Assembly (NCBI GenBank): GCA_027623675.1 | Contig: JAQBVF010000009.1 | Coordinates: 32,001-96,000 of the forward strand | Direction: 5' to 3' | DNA: 64,000 bases | Origin: Chloroflexota bacterium | GTDB lineage: Bacteria; Chloroflexota; Dehalococcoidia; Lucifugimonadales; UBA3495 | Shown here: in pieces, positions 59,184-64,000 of the stretch | Layout: each line of letters begins with the position of its first letter | How positions within the stretch are numbered: position 1 is the stretch's first letter | Position numbers and translations under genes: made by a program | Notes under the pieces: model-generated | Told to the model about the DNA's origin: nothing | What the model saw: the letters and a program-made list of their open reading frames with translations, nothing else | The model's database searches: none

Positions 59184-60404
59184 CTAGGTAGTGTAGGCAC
59201 TGTTGATAACCACGTACTCTTCGGTAAGGTCGCAGCCCCAAGCGGTAGCCTGCCCATCCGAAAGATTTAAGTTGACCCCAAAGGTGACTTCATCGGTCCG
59301 CATAAGGGCGACCACGGCGTCGCGGTGGAATGGCACAGGTTTACCAGATTCCATGATACAAACGCCGTTGATGTAGAGGTCGATCTTCGACTCTACGGTT
59401 TCGGCCCCGCTGCGGCCCAAGGCCATGATCAACCGGCCCCAATTGGGGTCTGCACCGTACACCGCCGACTTGACCAATAACGACGACGTAATCGTCTTGG
59501 CCGCCATTCGGGCGTCGGCCAGGTTCCTCGCGCCTTTGACCTCGGCCACGATTAATCGGGTGGCGCCCTCGCCGTCTTGGGCCAACTGGCGGGTCAACTG
59601 GACCAGCACCTCAGTCAGGCCATCCGAAAAGGTGTCGGCGTCGGCGCTTCCAGCCGATATAACCTTGTTGCCCGCGGCCCCATTGGCCAAGACGACAAGG
59701 CTGTCGTTGGTGCTGGTGTCGCCGTCAATGTCCAGCATGTTCAGGGTGCTGTCGGCGATGGCAGGGAGTATGGAGCGCAGGTAGTCTTGGTCCACAGCCG
59801 CGTCGGTGGCCACGAAGCACAGCATGGTCGCCATGTTGGGGTGAATCATCCCCGAGCCCTTGGCCACGCCGCTGATATTAACTTCCTTGCCGCCCAGATT
59901 CACCTTGACCGCCGCCTCTTTAGTGCGGGTGTCCGTGGTCATCATGGACCGGGCCAATGCGTTGCCCGCGTCGGCGGTAAGTTTTATCACTCCGACGCCC
60001 TTGCGAATCAGCGTCATGGGCAGCTCTACACCGATGACGCCGGTGCTGAAAACCAGCATTTCCTCGGGTTTAACGCCCAGGCCCTTGGCGGCCACGGCAG
60101 CCATCTCCTTAGCGTCGATGTAACCCTGCTCGCCAACTCCGGCATTGGCGATGCCCGAATTGACCACCAGACCACGTATGGGCCCGCCCGCCGCCAGGGT
60201 CTCGCGGTTCACGGTGACCGACGGCGACACCAGCGTGCTTTTGGTGAACACGCCGGCAGCCGAGCATGGGGCGTCGGACAGAAGCATACCCATGTCCATC
60301 TTGTCTTCGGAGAATGTCTTAATGCCCACGTAGGTCGCGCCGGCGCTGAAGCCTTTGGCGTTCGTGATGGTTCCGCCGTCTACATGAGTGATTGGGCCGG
60401 CCAT
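59184..60404 (-). CDS. argJ: Bifunctional ornithine acetyltransferase/N-acetylglutamate synthase
   Basis: STGVIG, MTTDT, KGSGMIHPNMATML, DTSTND, DPNWGR. Confidence 0.96.
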   Translation of the reverse strand: MAGPITHVDGGTITNAKGFSAGATYVGIKTFSEDKMDMGMLLSDAPCSAAGVFTKSTLVSPSVTVNRETLAAGGPIRGLVVNSGIANAGVGEQGYIDAKEMAAVAAKGLGVKPEEMLVFSTGVIGVELPMTLIRKGVGVIKLTADAGNALARSMMTTDTRTKEAAVKVNLGGKEVNISGVAKGSGMIHPNMATMLCFVATDAAVDQDYLRSILPAIADSTLNMLDIDGDTSTNDSLVVLANGAAGNKVISAGSADADTFSDGLTEVLVQLTRQLAQDGEGATRLIVAEVKGARNLADARMAAKTITSSLLVKSAVYGADPNWGRLIMALGRSGAETVESKIDLYINGVCIMESGKPVPFHRDAVVALMRTDEVTFGVNLNLSDGQATAWGCDLTEEYVVINSAYTT

Positions 60405-60416
60405 GGGCTTACCTTC

Positions 60417-60462
60417 CTGTAAAACGAGATCCGCCTGTGAAACGTGACCCGGCTGTAAAACG
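60417..60462. repeat. Three CTGT(A/G)AAACG direct repeats, 18-bp period, upstream of argJ
   Basis: Copies at 60417, 60435 and 60453. Confidence 0.7.
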
Positions 60463-60649
60463 AAAATGTGCGCTGATTCCGTGCCTGAGCAAGCACAGAG
60501 TATATCACAACACCAGGTGGGCCAAATACTGCCGCCGGCAGTGTCGGTTGGGTTTCTCATCACACAGTTTTGGCCGGTGGACTGGCCTTGGGGGTTAACC
60601 TATAATCGAGCTTGGTAGACACGGTTAATCCTAGTATGCAGGTGGCACA

Positions 60650-61933
60650 ATGGCATCGGTAAGCCCTTTCAGAGGATGGCGCTACAACCCGGAAAAGGTG
60701 GGAGACATGGCCTCAGTGCTGTGCCCGCCCTACGACATGATCAACGAGCAGAGCCAGGAAACCCTCAAGCGGCAAAGCCAGTACAACGTGATCCACCTGG
60801 AAGCCGGCGAGAGCTTGGACTGGAACGTCTCAGCGAAAGAGCAGTACGCCGCAACCTCCGGGCTATTCGACCAATGGAGGCAAGACGGGGTGCTGCGCCA
60901 GGACTCCGCTCCCTGCTATTACCTGATGCGCCACAGCTTCCCCTTGGGCGGCAAGAACATGGTGCGCCTGGGACTGATCGCCTCCGTGGGCTTGGAGGGC
61001 TATGAGACTCGGCAGATACTGCCCCACGAGTTCACCGAAGCCCCGGCCATCCGCGACCGAGTCCTGCTGATGGAGTCACTGTCCGCCAACATCAGCCCCA
61101 TCATGTCCATCTACCGCGACGCGGAGGGCACGCTGGACCAGGTTTTCCAGAAGGTCATGCAGGCGCCGCCGGAAGTGGACGCCACCGATGAGTCGGGAAG
61201 CGCCACCGCCCTGTGGCCCATCTCTGATCCGGCGGTGCAGGACCAGATCAGCGGCTTCTTCGCCGGCAGGCCCGTCTATCTCGCCGACGGTCATCACCGC
61301 TACGAGGCCGCCAGGCAGTACCAGCTGGACCGCCACGCCGAGGACCCCTCGGCAAAGTCGGCAGCCCTGGCCCACAACTTCGTGATGATGACGCTGATAG
61401 CCTTCGACGATCCCGGCCTGGTCGTCCTGGGCTACCACCGCACTCTCAGCGGCGTGCCCGATGACAAACTGGCCAACATCAAGGCCAGGCTGGCCGAGTT
61501 GTTCGAGTCAGCGCCACTGCCCGGCGACCCGGACTCTTTGGTAGAGCAGGTGACTCGCCGGGGCGCGGACCAGCGGCTGCTGGCGTCGGTGGACCGAGAC
61601 GGCGCCAAGATGCTCACGCTTAAGGACTCGGCGGTTGGTCCCGACTGGGGCGCATTGTCCGCGTCCGAGGCTTGGGTGTTGGAGGAAAAGGTCCTGCGGC
61701 CGGAACTTGGTGACGCTACCCTGGACCATCTGGGGTTCATCCATGACCACGATGAGGCGGTCAACCGGGCCAAGAGCGGCGACCTTCAGATGGCGTTCCT
61801 GCTCAAACCGTTCCCGCTTGACGCATTCGAGAGCATCGTGGGCGGCGGACAACGGCTCCCCCGAAAGTCCACTTTCTTCTATCCCAAACTGCCCACCGGC
61901 CTGGTGATAAACCGCCTGGACGGCGAGCTATAG
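60650..61933 (+). CDS. DUF1015 family protein
   Basis: PFRGWRY, PPYD, PHEFT, ADGHHRY, KSTFFYPK. Confidence 0.92.
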   Translation: MASVSPFRGWRYNPEKVGDMASVLCPPYDMINEQSQETLKRQSQYNVIHLEAGESLDWNVSAKEQYAATSGLFDQWRQDGVLRQDSAPCYYLMRHSFPLGGKNMVRLGLIASVGLEGYETRQILPHEFTEAPAIRDRVLLMESLSANISPIMSIYRDAEGTLDQVFQKVMQAPPEVDATDESGSATALWPISDPAVQDQISGFFAGRPVYLADGHHRYEAARQYQLDRHAEDPSAKSAALAHNFVMMTLIAFDDPGLVVLGYHRTLSGVPDDKLANIKARLAELFESAPLPGDPDSLVEQVTRRGADQRLLASVDRDGAKMLTLKDSAVGPDWGALSASEAWVLEEKVLRPELGDATLDHLGFIHDHDEAVNRAKSGDLQMAFLLKPFPLDAFESIVGGGQRLPRKSTFFYPKLPTGLVINRLDGEL

Positions 61934-62117
61934 CCTGATCTAACCCGGGCTGCCCACCGGCCTGATCGGCTGATCGCCGGCCGGTCGACTTTGTCAGTTG
62001 TTTGCGTCCGGATTTCATGGTAGGGCGGCGATTGCGTGATGTAGAATTAGAAAGCCTGCCACAACTCTAATCTCCCCAGATTACGAGTCCCCAACCTTTT
62101 CCACTCGAGGTCCGAGC

Positions 62118-63200
62118 ATGAAGCGTAAATATTGGATTCTTTTCGCAGGTCTATTCGGCCTGCTAGCGTTGGCTGCGGTCGCCTGTGGCGACTCGGCCAC
62201 CGCGACCCCAGGTCCCGATTCAGTCACACCTGAGCCGGAAGCCAAAAGCTCCCGATTGGACCTGGTCGAAAGCCGGGGCAAGCTCCTCTGCGCCGGCCGC
62301 ACCGACCTGGCCGGGTTCGGATACCTGACCTCAGGTGGAGCCAACGCCGGGTTCGACGTTGACCTGTGCCGCGCCGTGGCCGCCGCTGTCTTTGGTGATG
62401 GAGACGCCATGGAATTGATCCCGATCACCGCATCCGAGCGTGGCCCCACGATCCAAGCCGGCGAGGTTGACCTGCTGTCCCGGAACGTGACCTGGACCTC
62501 CACCCGCGACGCGCAATGGGGCAACTTCACGACGACCATGTTCTACGACGGCCAGGGTTTCATGGTCCCCAAGTCAACCGGGTTCACCAGTGCCCTGGAC
62601 CTGGACGGAGCCACGGTGTGCGTCACCAGCGGCACCACCACCGAATTGAACCTGGCCGACTATTTCCGGCAGAACGGCCTCGCGCTGGACACCGTGGTGT
62701 TCGAGGACACCGCATCCGTGTACGGCGCCTATGAAAACGGACGTTGCGACGCCACCACCAGCGACAGGTCTCAGTTAGCTGCTGTCAGGAGCGGGTTCGC
62801 CGACCCCGACGCCCACGTCATCTTGCCTGAGACCATCTCCAAGGAGCCCTTGACTCCGTTGGTCTCCCACGGCGACGACCAATGGTTCGACGTGGTCAAA
62901 ACCGTCATGTCCGTCCTCATCAATGCCGAGGAATTGGGCGTGACCTCAGCGAACGTTGACGCTATGCAGACCAGCGACAACATCGTGATTCGGCGCATGT
63001 TGGGCGCCGAGGGCGAATTTGGCCAATCAGACCTGGGACTTCGCCCCACCTTCGCGGTGGACGTGATCAAAGCCGTCGGCAACTACGGCGAGATATACGA
63101 CCGCTACATGGGTCCCAACGGCGATTCATTCACTCTGCCAAGAGGCCTGAACGAGCTCTGGAACAACGGCGGGTTGATCTATTCGCCGCCGCTTCGCTAG
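62118..63200 (+). CDS. Amino acid ABC transporter substrate-binding lipoprotein (AapJ/BztA family)
   Basis: GFDVDLCRAVAAA, FYDGQGF, GTTTE, ISKEPL, VGNYGEIY, YSPPLR. Confidence 0.93.
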   Translation: MKRKYWILFAGLFGLLALAAVACGDSATATPGPDSVTPEPEAKSSRLDLVESRGKLLCAGRTDLAGFGYLTSGGANAGFDVDLCRAVAAAVFGDGDAMELIPITASERGPTIQAGEVDLLSRNVTWTSTRDAQWGNFTTTMFYDGQGFMVPKSTGFTSALDLDGATVCVTSGTTTELNLADYFRQNGLALDTVVFEDTASVYGAYENGRCDATTSDRSQLAAVRSGFADPDAHVILPETISKEPLTPLVSHGDDQWFDVVKTVMSVLINAEELGVTSANVDAMQTSDNIVIRRMLGAEGEFGQSDLGLRPTFAVDVIKAVGNYGEIYDRYMGPNGDSFTLPRGLNELWNNGGLIYSPPLR

Positions 63201-63288
63201 GCCCTTAACCTGCCAAGCACAGCGCCGGCAGGCCCACGACTTCTGGCCAGCCGGCGTTTAGTTTCACCGACGCGAGGCGATTGCGGAG

Positions 63289-64000
63289 ATGCGCTTCCTC
63301 ACCTTTGACGGCGTTCCTATCTGGCGCGACGCTCGAGTGATTCGGGCAACTGCGCAGATAGTCTCCGTTGTAATCGTCGTCATTGTCGTGTTCTTCGTCG
63401 CCAGCAATGTGCTCGACGCCGCCGACAAGCGTGGATTCTCCCTGGGATTCGACTTCTTGGGACAGGAAGCGGGCTTCCCCATAGCCGAATCCGTAATCGA
63501 ATACGACGAGTCGAATTCTTTCCGGTACGCCTTCACGGTTGGGGTGCTGAACACTCTCAAGGTGGCCTTGATCGGCATCGTGGCCGCCACTGTCCTGGGG
63601 ATCATCATCGGGGTGGCCCGGGTTTCAAGCAATTGGCTGATCAACAGATTAGCCAACGTCTACATCGAAACTTTCCGCAACATTCCCCTTCTGGTGCAGC
63701 TCTTCTTCTGGTATTTCAGCGTCTTCTTGGTCCTGCCCACGGTCCAAGACAGCATCCGGTGGCCGGGCCCCATCTACCTCAGCAACCGCGGCCTCGTCTC
63801 CGTTTGGGCCAGCCCTACATCCTCGTTCACGCCGTGGCTCTTATTCCTGTTGGGCGGCGTTTTGTTGGCCGTTGCGGTGACAATGACGCTGGCCCGGTAT
63901 CAATCGCGCACCGGCCGGTCCACCTACCCCAACATCGGCGCACTTGCCGCGTTCGTGGTGCTGGCCGTCGCCGGGTGGTTCCTGGTTGGGGAGAGTCCGC
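63289..64000 (+). CDS. Amino acid ABC transporter permease (AapQ/BztB family, 3' partial)
   Basis: GFDFL..AGFPI, GVLNTL, YIETFRNIPLLVQLFFWY; runs off the window. Confidence 0.9.
   Translation, partial: MRFLTFDGVPIWRDARVIRATAQIVSVVIVVIVVFFVASNVLDAADKRGFSLGFDFLGQEAGFPIAESVIEYDESNSFRYAFTVGVLNTLKVALIGIVAATVLGIIIGVARVSSNWLINRLANVYIETFRNIPLLVQLFFWYFSVFLVLPTVQDSIRWPGPIYLSNRGLVSVWASPTSSFTPWLLFLLGGVLLAVAVTMTLARYQSRTGRSTYPNIGALAAFVVLAVAGWFLVGESP

Overview
GC-rich bacterial chromosomal window. The gene content (several LLM flavin monooxygenases, CMD/AhpD, RidA and acyl-CoA dehydrogenase paralogs; an AGAAC-N4-GTTCT SOS box) suggests Chloroflexota, probably Dehalococcoidia/SAR202-like; this is an inference. 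Housekeeping genes include relA/spoT, nadE, rsmG, argJ/B/D/G, tRNA-Lys(TTT), a DEAD-box helicase and an Aap/Bzt-type ABC transporter. The main discovery is hidden from the ORF track by in-frame TGA codons. A MerR-controlled mercuric reductase operon (25029-28732, minus strand) appears to encode three selenoproteins: a glutaredoxin/NrdH-like protein (UHFC), a TlpA-like lipoprotein (UPTC) and a MerT-like transporter with a tandem UU in place of the Hg-binding CC. Each TGA is followed by a SECIS-like hairpin. A fourth unannotated candidate selenoprotein (HesB-like/CC-Se-motif type, SSUGG) lies at 47829-48149. Other notable items are a TerY-phosphorylation triad next to relA, an orphan promoter-hairpin-terminator unit (candidate sRNA), an SOS-box-controlled Cys-rich HTH gene, a decayed hicBA pair in the arg cluster, a palindrome-associated frameshift in an LLM gene and REP/MITE-like repeats. 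No selA/selB/selC/selD genes lie in the window, so Sec decoding is inferred, not shown.
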